Source of the DNA: Rhynchopus sp. YZ270_cl-10
Taxonomy: Eukaryota
Assembly (NCBI GenBank): GCA_964035575.1
Contig: OZ037843.1
Coordinates: 1,674,001 to 1,738,000 of the forward strand
Direction of reading: 5' to 3'
Length of the DNA: 64,000 nt
Below are positions 22,555-34,429 of this stretch, piece by piece. The position numbers were made by a program, and so were the translations under genes. Positions within the stretch are counted from its first letter, which is position 1, and every line of letters starts with the position of its first letter. Under the pieces are notes generated by a model, which did no database searches, had not been told where the DNA came from, and saw nothing but the letters and a program-made list of their open reading frames with translations.

Positions 22555-25500
22555 ATGTTGCTATGGTTGGTGCTTGCGTTGGTCGCATCAGCGGATGCTG
22601 CGATGCAGAAGTTTGGGTCATACGAAGAGTTCTCAGATGAGATGATAGACGAGCACAGGGACATCGTCATCGCACTGTCCGTCATCACCGGTGTCATCAT
22701 CGTTGCCCCGCTGGTGTGGATGTTTGCGTTGAGACGCCGTGTGGCCATTCCTATTCTCATAGTGATCCCGCTGTGGACGTGCGTCATTGCCGTTTCTATT
22801 TTGACGTGGAACCAAACCTTCGCAGAGGCGAGGGAGGTGATCCAGGAGAAGTCGCACACCCTTCTTGCCACGACCGGCGCTGTGCTCGATCTGCTCGTCG
22901 CCGATCTGAACATAGGCTACAACAGTGCAAACGCATTCTACCATTTGGTCCGTGAGGAGGGGCTGGCCTTGGACTTCCCGTTGATGAGCATACAAATGTT
23001 GCGTATGGTGCGGGTCGTTGGCTTCGGATCAACGACGCTCTCGAGTTTTTACTTCGGCACTTTGGACGGACGTATGGAGAGCTGCACGAAGCCCAAGACC
23101 GAAACTATTACTTTTATGCTCGGCGTCACGCCTACGTCTTACAATGCTATCCCATGCTCGCCTATATGGAACCCAGCAGGCGACTCCTTCTGCCAGACGT
23201 ACGCCGCAAACAACCTCTGTGGGTCCAACGCCACGCTAGACGTAGGCTGTCCAGTCGACTGCAAACTGCCGATGTCTCCTGAATGGTGCAGACCCGACCC
23301 AAACGAGCCCGGCAGAGAGGTACCCCCAGTACGCAACATCCGAATCTGGGGGACCTACAACATCTCGGACCAGATGATCTACCCGAATTATTCGAGAACC
23401 TCCCCGAGAACATATGACCCAAGGATACGTCCGTGGTTTACCCCTGAAGCGGAGAGTGTAGGACTGCGCTGGACACGGCCGTATCTGTTTTCAGGAGGGA
23501 CCACCACGGGGGTGACGTTGATTCGGACGTTGTACTCCCCTGCCGGTAACGTGGTTGGCGTGTTGGGGGTCGACTACACGCTGGGCAGCATCACCACCAT
23601 GCTGAGCAAGCTGCCTCCCACGGAGAACTCCCTGATGGTTCTCATTGACGAGCAGTTCACTCTTGTCTCCGCATCGCAGTCGAAGGAGGCACTTTCCTCT
23701 ATGATCCTGCCGTACGTGCACACCGACCTCATTAACGTCACGATGATCGCTCCAGACTCTCGCATCCGCTTTGCCGTAGACAACCTGCTCAGGAAGTACT
23801 CCACCTTCGACCAGATCATGCACGGAAGCTCGCTTCTGCAGAGTGGTGGTCGGAGTATTGCATCGTTTCCTCTGCGCATAGAGGCAGGGTTCAGGTTGGT
23901 GTGCATCTTGGAGCTGCCCTACGAGGATCTATTGGGGAAGGCGAACGACGCCTCGACGAATGCGTTGGTGGTGGCGCTTGTCATTTCATTGACGGTGAGT
24001 GTGTTGTTCTCGTTTCTGGTGGGGCTCATTTTGCGTCCATTGACGACCTTTGCGGCGGATATGGACAAAGTGGCGTGGATGCAGCTGGACGACCTCACCT
24101 CGCACGGCAGCTCCCCGCTCTACGAGATAGGTTGGATGCAGGGCTCCTTCCGCCTTATGATTCAGAACCTCATCGAGTACCGGCAGTACCTCCCAAGCTC
24201 GATGCTGGAGGATGACGAAACTCCTGCAGTCGTGAACAACACCGTCATGCAGACGGTCGCCTTGGTCTTCACGGACATCAAAGGCTCGACAATGTGTTGG
24301 GAAAATGCCCCTGAAGGCATGCGATTTGGCCTGAAAATCCACAACACAACGATCCGCGAGCTGATCGCGAAGCATAAGGGGTATGAGGTGAAGACGATTG
24401 GCGACTCTTTTATGGTTTCGTTTATGAGTGTGAAGGATGCAATCGACTTTGCGCTTGAGACCCACGAGGGCCTGAACAATGCCACCTGGCCTGAAGAGCT
24501 CCTCGACGTCAGCCACGCCGAGAGGACCAAGGACGGCATGTGGTCAGGCCTCCGTGTACGCATCGGTGTCCACTACGGCGAAGTTGAAAACGAGACAAAC
24601 CTTGTAACAGGCAGGAAGGACTTCTTCGGCACCACTGTGAACAAAGCCTCCCGACTCGAGGCCTGCTGCATGCCAGGCTCCGTCGCTGTCTGCGACGACG
24701 TTCTGGAAGCCTACGACAAGGTCTGCACTGAACCCGTCCCACGCATCGATATGGGCGACGTGAGCCTCAAGGGTCTTGGTGGGAAGACACACATAAACCT
24801 CTTGCTGCCGCACTCCCTTAAGGAGAGAAGGGAGGTCATCGAATGCGAGCTCAAGAACAGAGGCACCACCGAAGACACGAAGGAGAGGACTGTGAAGAAG
24901 AAACGTACCAGCCAGGCCAGCACTGTGCTGACGAAGGGCAGCGCAGGGCGCAACCCAGACCGCTTCAAGGAGAAGCTGCACCGCTCAAGCTCGGGCACCG
25001 CAGGCAACATTACGATGCACTTCGACGACTCGCTTGCGGACGACATGGACAACCCTGTGACGCGTGTCTCGGATGCGATGCAGAGGATCTTCCAGAACGT
25101 ACAGACCACAAACGGTGCTGTCGTCAGCATCATCGGTGCCGCGGTGTTCACCACATGGAACATCAACAAGGTGTGCTTCCCGCACCAGGACTGCGCAACA
25201 CGGTGTGTCGCACTGCTTTCTGCGCAGATGACCGGAGGCACATTAGCGATTGGCCTCTGCACTGGACAGGGCCTGTACGGCAACGTCGGCGGGGCTGGAC
25301 AACGCTTTGTTACTGTCTTTGGCGCAAACATGCAGCTTGCGACACTTCTAACGGACGGCGCGTTGCGGTTCATGTGCCCAGCTCTCTACGTGAGCTTGCA
25401 TGGATCTCCTATGTCCTCCGTTTCAGACGTTGACGTTCTGAGGCCTGTGAGCGACTGGTTTGTGAAGGACGACTCGAAGTCGTACGTCATCTACCAAGTG

Positions 25501-25716
25501 AACGACGCGCCCAGCAACAGCTCGCCCGACACCTTCGGGCTGCTGTCACAGACCCCGTGGGAGTGGTCGCAGGCGTACCTCACAACGTTCTTCAAGAAGG
25601 ACACATCTGAGCTCTCGAAGCACGCTGAAGGCAATCCGCACCTCTGTCAGGTCCTCGACTTCCTCACAAACAAGACCGGTCTGCTGCAGCCGATCAACCC
25701 TATCCTATTGAATTAA
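22555..25716 (+). CDS. Receptor-type class III adenylate cyclase: signal/TM-dCache_1-TM-HAMP-cyclase-degenerate cyclase (1053 aa)
   Basis: Catalytic motifs VFTDIKGST, YEVKTIGDSFM, LRVRIGVHYG, DFFGTTVNKASRLE (both metal Asp, ATP-specifying K/D, N..R). HAMP-like ILRPLTTFAADMDKVA...EIGWMQGSFRLM. Cache-like YDPRIRPWF...WTRPY...GVLGVD. Confidence 0.93.
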   Translation: MLLWLVLALVASADAAMQKFGSYEEFSDEMIDEHRDIVIALSVITGVIIVAPLVWMFALRRRVAIPILIVIPLWTCVIAVSILTWNQTFAEAREVIQEKSHTLLATTGAVLDLLVADLNIGYNSANAFYHLVREEGLALDFPLMSIQMLRMVRVVGFGSTTLSSFYFGTLDGRMESCTKPKTETITFMLGVTPTSYNAIPCSPIWNPAGDSFCQTYAANNLCGSNATLDVGCPVDCKLPMSPEWCRPDPNEPGREVPPVRNIRIWGTYNISDQMIYPNYSRTSPRTYDPRIRPWFTPEAESVGLRWTRPYLFSGGTTTGVTLIRTLYSPAGNVVGVLGVDYTLGSITTMLSKLPPTENSLMVLIDEQFTLVSASQSKEALSSMILPYVHTDLINVTMIAPDSRIRFAVDNLLRKYSTFDQIMHGSSLLQSGGRSIASFPLRIEAGFRLVCILELPYEDLLGKANDASTNALVVALVISLTVSVLFSFLVGLILRPLTTFAADMDKVAWMQLDDLTSHGSSPLYEIGWMQGSFRLMIQNLIEYRQYLPSSMLEDDETPAVVNNTVMQTVALVFTDIKGSTMCWENAPEGMRFGLKIHNTTIRELIAKHKGYEVKTIGDSFMVSFMSVKDAIDFALETHEGLNNATWPEELLDVSHAERTKDGMWSGLRVRIGVHYGEVENETNLVTGRKDFFGTTVNKASRLEACCMPGSVAVCDDVLEAYDKVCTEPVPRIDMGDVSLKGLGGKTHINLLLPHSLKERREVIECELKNRGTTEDTKERTVKKKRTSQASTVLTKGSAGRNPDRFKEKLHRSSSGTAGNITMHFDDSLADDMDNPVTRVSDAMQRIFQNVQTTNGAVVSIIGAAVFTTWNINKVCFPHQDCATRCVALLSAQMTGGTLAIGLCTGQGLYGNVGGAGQRFVTVFGANMQLATLLTDGALRFMCPALYVSLHGSPMSSVSDVDVLRPVSDWFVKDDSKSYVIYQVNDAPSNSSPDTFGLLSQTPWEWSQAYLTTFFKKDTSELSKHAEGNPHLCQVLDFLTNKTGLLQPINPILLN

Positions 25717-27728
25717 ACATAACCACTTTGAAATGCAAAACAGGGCAGTGTCAGTTGTCGAGCTGCCGAAAGCAGCCTAGTGAGAGACTTCTTGCAACAG
25801 ACAGAAAAAGGGCCCCTGGAGCGTCTGGTTTTCCAACCAGACGTATTGGCATGGGTAGAGAACATAATTGGGAAAAAAAATAATAAAACCTACATCCTCG
25901 ATACTTTTCTACACAAATGATTTCATTGAACGCATCCCAAAATAAAAAAAATATTATGATGTGGAAACCCAACAAAATCCAAAACAAAAAAAGCACCGAA
26001 ACAAAAAAAAGCTGGCAGTAGAGCTTGCACAGGTGGCAACTATACTATTCCAACAATTTTTCAAAAAAGGGAAAAAAACGAAAACATAAATCTAGAATTT
26101 TGCTTTTTTTTTTTCCCCGAACAAGGGGCTACCTTCTTGTTACCAAAAATAAAATAGTGGAGTTCATCCTCGGGTGTCTACACTAATACAACCAAGTTTT
26201 CACAAATAAAAAAAAGAGAGATTGTAGAGTGTCACGTGTCGTTCCCTCACCTCCCCCTTTTTGTGGTTGTTTGATGCGTTGACGCTTCCACAAACATAGC
26301 AGTCAACCCAGATCAAAACAACAACCCCTGGCACACCTTGGGGTGTGCTGGCTGTACCTTCCATTTGCCTTGTCCCTCCCTACACTCTTCCCAAATGTGG
26401 AAGTCTCTTGAGCGTGTCCCATACCTAAAACCCTTTCTTTTGTGCAGGTAGCCCACAACGTGAATATCACTCAGCGTGCGCCCTACACTGGAACATCCCT
26501 TATTTTTTTTTCCCCCAGAAAATCTGGCTGTACTTTTTTATTTGCAAAAAATTTAAAAAACAGAAGATTTTTCAAAAAGAGAGAAGACGACGCTGATGGA
26601 CAACAACTCCGTCTTTCTGTTCAAAATTTTGTCTTAATCATTTCAGAATATCTGCCCCCCTCCGAAGTGTTGTGTTGTATGTTGGACCCACTACGTCTTT
26701 TGAACCTTCCGTGCAATAAGGCTTCGATCAATCGTTATTACAGACCTTAGCTCGCAACAAGGCGGGTACTTAGGCGAAAGTGTCAGCAGCAACAAATATT
26801 ATTTTTTTCCCTGCCTCCCCTTCCCACCCGTTTCCCAAGGTACACTTGGCTTTGTATTTCAAGCCAACTTTCGATTTTACACTCTGAACTACACTTTAAG
26901 GTGACTAAGCACGAGAGGCTTGATCATCTTATAAACTTTTTTCTTTTTTTTGTCTCGATGTGATGACTAAAGTAATTTGCCAAGATTTCCATCTTGTCAC
27001 AAAGTTTGACGTGCTGGGTCGCGTTCTATTGACGACTTTCCTCCTCAAAAAAAAAAACAGTGGAGCTTGCACAACTGTGTCAACACAACCGAGGCAACTA
27101 CACTACTCCAACAATTTGTCAAAATAAAATAAATTTCTCCCTCTGATACTACCAAGGTGCGTTTCGGACTGCAATGTACTGAATTATTAACCGACTACTT
27201 ATTTCCTACTATTGACTCAAGGTTTGTGCTCCATTACACCCTCTCCTACACTGCGAAAACGGGCAGAGGACCCCCAACCGGACCTTACATCACACAAGAT
27301 TCATGTCCCTGTGTTTGCAATGAGCCCCGTTCATCTGGCTGATGAGTGGAAGCAGGAGCAGCACATATCAGATGTAAACCACGAAAATGGATGTAGGACT
27401 GCACGGTTGGGTGTCCTCTGTCCATCCCAAGCAGCCGGTCATGTACCAAGGTAACACTGTCGAGAGCGTTTTGTATGTTTCAAGTCAACTTATTTTTACA
27501 CATGACCCCTTTACTGGGGCCTCCCAGTAACCCACCCCTATCCGCCCAAGCTCTGCTGCAACTTTTGTGTTTTTCGGCACTTGAATGCATAAACAACAAA
27601 TAAAAGCTACTTTCCAGAGTTGAGACGACGTGCCTCTATCTAAGTACACTAGCCTTCGGGCAACAGTGAGTCCAGATCCTGCACTAGCAGGATTCTCGAT
27701 TATGAGTAAACAATACAAACCCCTTGCC

Positions 27729-27778
27729 GAAGTTACCATTTATAATTTTTTTTTTTTGAGAACAGCGTTAGGATCCTG
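27729..27778 (-). mobile_element. Solo terminus of the hAT family at 34430-36923
   Basis: Reverse complement CAGGATCCTAACGCTGTTCTCAAAA...TGGTAACTTC matches the left end of that element. Confidence 0.7.
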
Positions 27779-28450
27779 AACAGAAGCCAACCAAAAGTCT
27801 AAAGCAGTAAACACACCTTGACTTGTCTGGTAAGCCTTTAGTGCAGCCGTCTTCCGACAAGTGCATAGCGACACCTCCCTGGTGTTTTCTCCAAGGTGTT
27901 TTCAAATTTGTGCCAACAGGTCAATGTTTTGGTTTTTGAAGAGGCCCAAGGCTGTTTGATAATAGCAACAGAGCGTCAGTGGTTAAAACTCTTCACATCT
28001 CAGAGAGTCTTGCACTGACGATGTCCCCCTCTGATACTACCAATGTATGCAGTTAGGACTGAAACATGATGTACTGAATTATTCTCAACCCCTTTATTTT
28101 TACACATGACCCCTTTGACCCACCCCTTTCCCCTCAAACTTTGATGATGCAACTTTTGTGTTTTTCAGCACTTGAATGCATAAACAACAAATCAAAGCTA
28201 CTTTACAGCCTTCGGGCAACATTTGAGTACAAGATCCTGCACTAGCAGGTGATTGTCGACACAACAAAAAAAAAAAAGTGATCTTTTTTAAAAAATTTCC
28301 TCAAGGACCTGGGCATGTGAATCACTGGTGTGCACAACACAAGCCATTTATGAGCATTGTGTTTCGCTCTGAACTACCCACACATTTGATTTCAAACACA
28401 GAGCCACTCCCCTGCTCCACACATAACAAAGATTTGAAAAGCCTTCAACG

Positions 28451-30169
28451 ATGCGGTGCCTGAACAACGCACTGACCATTGACGGGTCTCTCAGTGCTGC
28501 TGAGGCGAAGAAGCGCACCATCCTGTTTGCGCTCAGTTTCGCCTCCGTTATCGTGCTGCTTGCAAGCAACCTTATTGGACTCAACGGCTTGAGCTCACGT
28601 CAAATGTCCCTTCTCGGGACGGCTGTGATTGTCATAGGCGACTGCACTGTGATCGGTTATGTGCTCTGCAAGCAGAAGCTGCACACTGCGTTTGTTGTGG
28701 GCTACCTGTACATAATGGGTTTTGGGATGTTACTGTGGGATCTGGATTCACGCACACTTGGTGAGGTTACGTGGCCGACACTGATTATACTTATCGACTT
28801 GTTGCTTGTGATGCAGGTCCCAGCACGGTACAGTGCTGGATTTGTAGTTGTGACAGTGATGTGGTTGCTTCTGATGGGGTGTGAAGAAGCCTTCAGGTTT
28901 GGCCTGTTTGACCTGCCCTGGTTAGCGCCGTACGAGGGCGAAGACAGCAGGCGAGAGCAAATGAACGAAAAGGCAGACTGCGAGTTCCTGCCGTGCAAGG
29001 TGCCGTTTCCCCCGGTTGGGCTGGTCCCTACAGTTCTTGTCTTCGTGATTGACTTTCTTGTGACACGCAAGTTTGCCGACAATGTGCTGAAGGAGCAGGA
29101 GTCAATGCGGCGCACGATTAGCGTTGTGCAGGAGATTGCGTCGCTTCTTGCGGGGTACGACGTGGAGCAGGTGGCGGAGATGCTGGACGTGCATGGGGGT
29201 GACCTGCCTGAGGGGATGACTGCTGCCCTGTGGAGACTGGAGAAGAACCTGCGCATGTACAAAGCGTACCTCCCGCAGACGTGTCTGCCGTTTGAGAACG
29301 AGGTTCCGGAAGCAGAAGCTTCCGAAACGATCCCCTCAAGCACATCTGTTGACCGCACAGACTCGTTAGATTCGAGAGAAAGACCGTCAAACATGCCAGT
29401 GTGCCTGCCGCTGGGTCTGTCATCTGCGACGGCAACTTTGCTGACACTTAATGTCAAGGATACCCTGCGTTTGCTGGACAAGGACAGCACCAGCTATGCG
29501 AGCCTCTTCACAACCCTTCTTCTGAAGACCCTGCAGGCAACAGACAGCAGACGTGGGATGGTGGACGTCTTTGTTGGGGACAGGATCCACTGCTCGTTCA
29601 ACACGTCGAAGCAGTGTGCGTCGCACGCAACCTCAGCACTGCACGCAGCAAGCGTGCTTCTGAAGGGTGTGGGCAGCTTTTGCGAAAAGATGAATGCTGG
29701 TGTTGCGACTGGGAAGGTGCTGCGTGGTGACATGGGTTGTGATGTGATGCGTCGCTTCAGCATGGTGGGGACACTTGTGCGTGACGTGCACGGGATGGAA
29801 CGTGCAGGACGTATGCTGGGGTGCGACGTTCTCTGCAACCGTCTTTGCTTCAGCGATGCTGAGTGCGAACACGACCTGCGTCTGCTTCCGTGCAAGGTGG
29901 AGGTTGCCTCTGGCTGTGAGGCACAGGTAGTGGGGGAGGTTGTTGACATGCTCCATGGCACACAGACTGGCGACGACGTTGACGAATGGATGTACATGAT
30001 AGGCGGGAAGAAGCACTGGGAGGACTACAACATAGTGGTGCGTGGGTACCTGCGTGGTGAGCGCTGTGACACAGACGTTTCGAGGGCGTGGGTGGAGGCG
30101 GGTGGGAGTGGCACACCAGCACATGCAGTTCCTTCCGGGACGTGCAGTGTTGTGTCTGTCAACAAATGA
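28451..30169 (+). CDS. Polytopic membrane protein with degenerate class III cyclase-like domain (572 aa)
   Basis: About 5-6 N-terminal hydrophobic helices; linker NLRMYKAYLP; cyclase-like TLNVKDT, VFVGDRIHCSFN, AGVATGKVLRGDMG; DEWMY motif. Confidence 0.88.
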   Translation: MRCLNNALTIDGSLSAAEAKKRTILFALSFASVIVLLASNLIGLNGLSSRQMSLLGTAVIVIGDCTVIGYVLCKQKLHTAFVVGYLYIMGFGMLLWDLDSRTLGEVTWPTLIILIDLLLVMQVPARYSAGFVVVTVMWLLLMGCEEAFRFGLFDLPWLAPYEGEDSRREQMNEKADCEFLPCKVPFPPVGLVPTVLVFVIDFLVTRKFADNVLKEQESMRRTISVVQEIASLLAGYDVEQVAEMLDVHGGDLPEGMTAALWRLEKNLRMYKAYLPQTCLPFENEVPEAEASETIPSSTSVDRTDSLDSRERPSNMPVCLPLGLSSATATLLTLNVKDTLRLLDKDSTSYASLFTTLLLKTLQATDSRRGMVDVFVGDRIHCSFNTSKQCASHATSALHAASVLLKGVGSFCEKMNAGVATGKVLRGDMGCDVMRRFSMVGTLVRDVHGMERAGRMLGCDVLCNRLCFSDAECEHDLRLLPCKVEVASGCEAQVVGEVVDMLHGTQTGDDVDEWMYMIGGKKHWEDYNIVVRGYLRGERCDTDVSRAWVEAGGSGTPAHAVPSGTCSVVSVNK

Positions 30170-30662
30170 TGTTCTCGGGGGTGATGCATTCTTAGTTTAT
30201 ATGTGCACTCGTTTTTATGTTTTGTTAACTTACGTTCCAAATAAATCATCATTTTCGGGTTTGGCAAATACACTGCGAAAGGAATTATTCGCAAGGATTA
30301 TATGGGTACAATGAAATATTGCTTTTGTTTAGACTTCACAGACAAGCAGAGCATCACTGAAAACGTAAAAGCGTTGTTTCATTTTGATCCGCAAGTACGT
30401 GGTATATCTTTTGTTTTGTTTTCTTGCGGTTCCTGTAGTGGTTAATTTTCGCGACAAATGCAAACAACATTTCCTCTAGCTAGCTGCACAAATAAAGACG
30501 TCAAATCTCCCAGAACATCCCCAGATCCCAAATCTTCTGCCAAATTATTTTTTTGGAGTAAATTTACCGTCCCTGACTACCTCGCCACACCCGCAACAGG
30601 ATTAACATCAAACAATAATTCTGCCACGGAGACACTGAGAACACATTTTTCAGGAAGTTACG

Positions 30663-33075
30663 ATGGGCTTCCGTCTTGACATACCTGTGCTTGTGCTCAT
30701 TGTCATCTCAGCTTTGGTCAGTACTTGTGCGTCGATGGCGGGTGGTTTAATCCTTTACTACCAAGGACTTGAATCGCTCGAAGACACTGTGGAGCAGTCC
30801 AGCCGTGCAGAGGCGGCAGGGTTGCAGTCGCAGATCAGAGAGGTAGTGCAGGCTGTCGAGGGCTCCGTGCTCACGCTCAAGTACTTCATGTACTCACAGG
30901 AACGGATCAAGAACAACAACAACACAGAATGGGCCCACCTGGTGCGTTCCTTTGTCTTCTCGCAGGTCAAGTCTGTTCCAGCACTCCATGTGTCCCAGAT
31001 CGCGCTCGCGACGCACTACCCGACGAACAGCTCGGCTTTTTGGTCGTCGGTGTGGGCCGACCTTCTTGCGGACGGAAATAAGGAATATGTGTTCGGGTCG
31101 TATTACAACAACCTTGGCCCGGCTTCGTTCCCGTTGACCCCAGATGGGACGGACGTTGAGGGCATGATGGTGCCGTGCTACGCTTTGGATAACACAACAG
31201 GCTACATCGATCAGTACGTGTATGAGTTCAACGCAAAGCGGCGCTACCTGGACCCCTTCCGCGTGCAGCGTGCAGCACCTAAAGGACTACACCTCCACGG
31301 ACACACCCTTCCCCAACAAGAACCTGCTGGCCGGTGCTGCCGCGTCGCAGTGGACGTCCATGACGCAGTGGCGGTCGTCTGACAAGAATCTTTACTTCTA
31401 CGCCATTCTCGACTTCGTCTTCCCGCCACCTCCGCCACCACACCCGTGGAGCACGTACAAGGCGGTGGGGGTGTACGTCGGCCTGCTGTACAACACGTTC
31501 CAAAAGGCGTTTGATGAGTTCGGCCGTAACCACCCCGAGAAGATCGCACTCCTGGTGGACCTCAAGAGCGGCATCGTGTACGCGTCGACGTACGGTGGCA
31601 TGGCGCGAGGGGAGTGCACTGCAGGGCGCGAGCTGAGCGACGCCACGGATGACTGTGTGCGCACGGTGAGCACGCTGCCGCTTGTGGCGCAAGAGGGTGT
31701 CGCAGCGCTGTCCAGGGAAGGCGCGACGTACTTTGGGAAGTCGTCCCTGGACGGGAGCGAGCACTACATCCGCCGCGCCCCTGCACCGCACAAAGATCTG
31801 GTGCTCGTGTGGCTGCAGCCTGTCAGTGCTGTGCAAAGCAAGTTTGTCGAGGCGCTCATCTTCCTGATTCTGTTCACTGTGCTTGTGTTGGTGTTCGACA
31901 TGACGGTGGCGATCATGGAGGCTGTGTTCGTCGCTTTCCCTTTGAAGCGTCTGTCGGCAGCCATCACGGCGCTGGGGGATATGCATACTGAGATCTCAAT
32001 GGAGGAGGTGGCCACGTACCAGACACGGTGCCTGATGGTGCGGGAGGTGCGCACGGTGGTGGACGGCATGACAGCAACGGCGGCGCGCATCCAAGAGTTC
32101 AAGGCCTTCATGCCTGCAGCCATACAGACGGACGACGTTGCGGAGGACGACCGCAGCAGCGTCTGCGTCAAGGAGAATGAAACATCAGCATCGGAAATGT
32201 CTCACTCAACACGGCCTAGCGGGCATGCCAGCAGCCTGTCCAGCAAGGTGAAGAAGGCGTCTGCAGGGGTGCGGCTGTCGCTGTACCTCGAGAAGAAGAG
32301 CGTCACCCTGGCACAGTTCAATTTGGTGAAGTGTGGGTGGACAGCACAGTCTGCCACCGACGGGCTTGTTCTCGAACAGAGCAGCTTGTTTGTGGGCACT
32401 GTGGTGGCGCTGGCGACTTCATACCAGGGGGTCCTCGACACAATGTCAGGCGACCGCCTGCTGTTCACATGGAACGCCGCACGCTCTGTGTACAGCAGCG
32501 CCACGCTTGCCTGCGACGCGTCGTTAGATGCCAGCAAAACACTTCGCGATATGCCTGGGATGAACTTCAACCTTTCATGCGCCGTTGCGTCAGGCTCGGC
32601 GCGCGTTGGCAACATCGGTACAATGACATCCAGGCGCTTTACGGTGATCTCCGACGACGTGATGTGGGTACAGCTGCTCGAGACCTTAAACAAAACGCTA
32701 TCGTTGAAGTGCACGCTGGACCACAAGATGCGCGAGAAGGTGGGAAGTGTTTTTGATTTAGAGCTCATCCACAAATGTGTTCACCCGAAGGCTAATGCCG
32801 GAAGCAGGATGATCTGGAACATTCTGCACAAGAAGGAGTCCAAGAATGAGGAGTGGATGTACCAGCTGGAGGCAGATCGGAACGAAGGTGGCGATCTGAT
32901 CACGCAGAACGGCGTTGTCAGGTCTGTTCTGGAAGAGAAATTCGACGCACTACCCAACCCCCTCCCCGAGCTCCCCCCGCGTCTCGGACACATCCTGGAG
33001 TCGATCAGAAAAAGGCATTTCAAGCCCCTCTCCTTTGGATTCTCAGAAGACCCATTCCACACAAAGACTACGTAA
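30663..33075 (+). pseudogene. Frameshifted receptor cyclase-like gene (TM-sensor-TM-HAMP-degenerate cyclase; ~801 aa if restored)
   Basis: ORFs 30663-31382 and 31222-33075 join into one frame (...DPFRVQHLKDYT...) when one copy of the tandem 7-mer GCGTGCA (31261-31274) is removed. Motifs SGDRLLFTWN, ARVGNIG, NEEWMYQLE. Confidence 0.8.
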
Positions 33076-33508
33076 GTCATAGGCAGCAATGCATGTTTTC
33101 ATGTGTTTCTTGTCCTTAGCCATGCGAATTCAATCCCCAATGGGTCCCAGCGACGTCACCAAAACTTACACAAAGCGAGCTGTTCAGATCCCCCTTTTGT
33201 TTTGTACAGTACCCTCCTTTCCTGTTGACACCCAACATATTTGACACACCCACTGAGGCTTGAGGTTGGTCTCATAAAGAGTGCCTGCGTCCGCAGAGGA
33301 ACGGTCGTTTGCACTTTTCAACTTCTCTTTTTTTTTTCTTTTTTCACACCCCTGTTTGCATTCTTTTTTGTTTCGTTAAGAATAGAATGTGCATGAAATA
33401 ATTTTCACATCCCTTCTTTCTCACTTTCCCAACTTTCTCTTTCTTTCAAAACCAGTTTTTTTTTGTTACTGAAACGGGTAAAAAGGTCCCCAGAAGGACC
33501 CTTTTTAC

Positions 33509-34367
33509 TGAACAAGATAAAACAAAAAAGCTTGCGTTTCTTTTATCGAACAGATTTTATTCTCCGCCCCGTACCCAAAACGTAAACACCACTTTGAATC
33601 AGAAAAAATATTTTCTTTTCTTTTTTCTTCCACACGCGCTTGGTTTTTGTGTTTCATTAACTTTTATCAAAAAGCTTTACCGTTCTTTTCCCTCTTTTTC
33701 TTCTCTTCTTTCTCTCTCATTATGCCTGCCACGGACACCCGCACGAAGGCGCAGCTCCTTGCGGCTCTGCGAGACATGAAGAGGCAGGCGGAGGATCAGA
33801 GGGCGGACCTGGAGGAGCGCGAGGCGCGGATGGAGAAGAAGCTGGATCGGGCAATGTCATCTTTGGCGGCGCGAGACCCGCCCGCCCTAGTTTCGACGCG
33901 AAACGTTTCCCCATGTATTGCACGGGAAACAATATATATGACAAACAGGTGCAGGGTGGTTCCGTGCTTATCATAGAACCCGGCACCTTGTGTGTCTTCC
34001 AAAAACCAAAAAGCGTTGTGTGTGAAGTTTTGAAGGAAGGAAAAATAAAATGAACAAGATAAAACAATAAGCTTGCGTTTCTTTTATCGAACAGATTTTA
34101 TTCTCCACCCTACGTACCCAAAACGTAAACACCACACTCTTTTTTTTCTTCCATACGCGCTGGTTTTTGTGTTCGCTCATTTTTTATCAAAAAGCTTTCG
34201 AGCCCCTAAGTTCAAATGCGAAACGTTTCTCCATGTATTGCACGGGAAACAATATGACAAACAGGTGCAGGGTGGTTCCGTGCTTATCATAGAACCTGGC
34301 ACCTTGTGTGTCTCCCAAAAACCAAAAAAGCGTTGTGTGTGTAGTTTTGAAGGAAGGAAAAATAAAA
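33509..34367 (+). repeat. Two head-to-tail copies of a ~320-bp interspersed element (other copies 38643-38731+40796-41043, 41336-41666; ends at 21663-21692 and ~38085)
   Basis: Conserved start TGAACAAGATAAAACAATAAG and end GTGTGAAGTTTTGAAGGAAGGAAAAATAAAA. No TIRs. Confidence 0.9.
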
Positions 34368-34429
34368 TGATTTTATTCTTTTCTTTATTTTGACCTGATC
34401 ACTTTCTTTTTCCAAAATAAATCGATGGC

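Noticed and set aside
30663..33075. Two separate genes or an intron
   Set aside because: A single 7-bp duplication explains the frame change and restores a coherent domain order; no plausible intron is needed.
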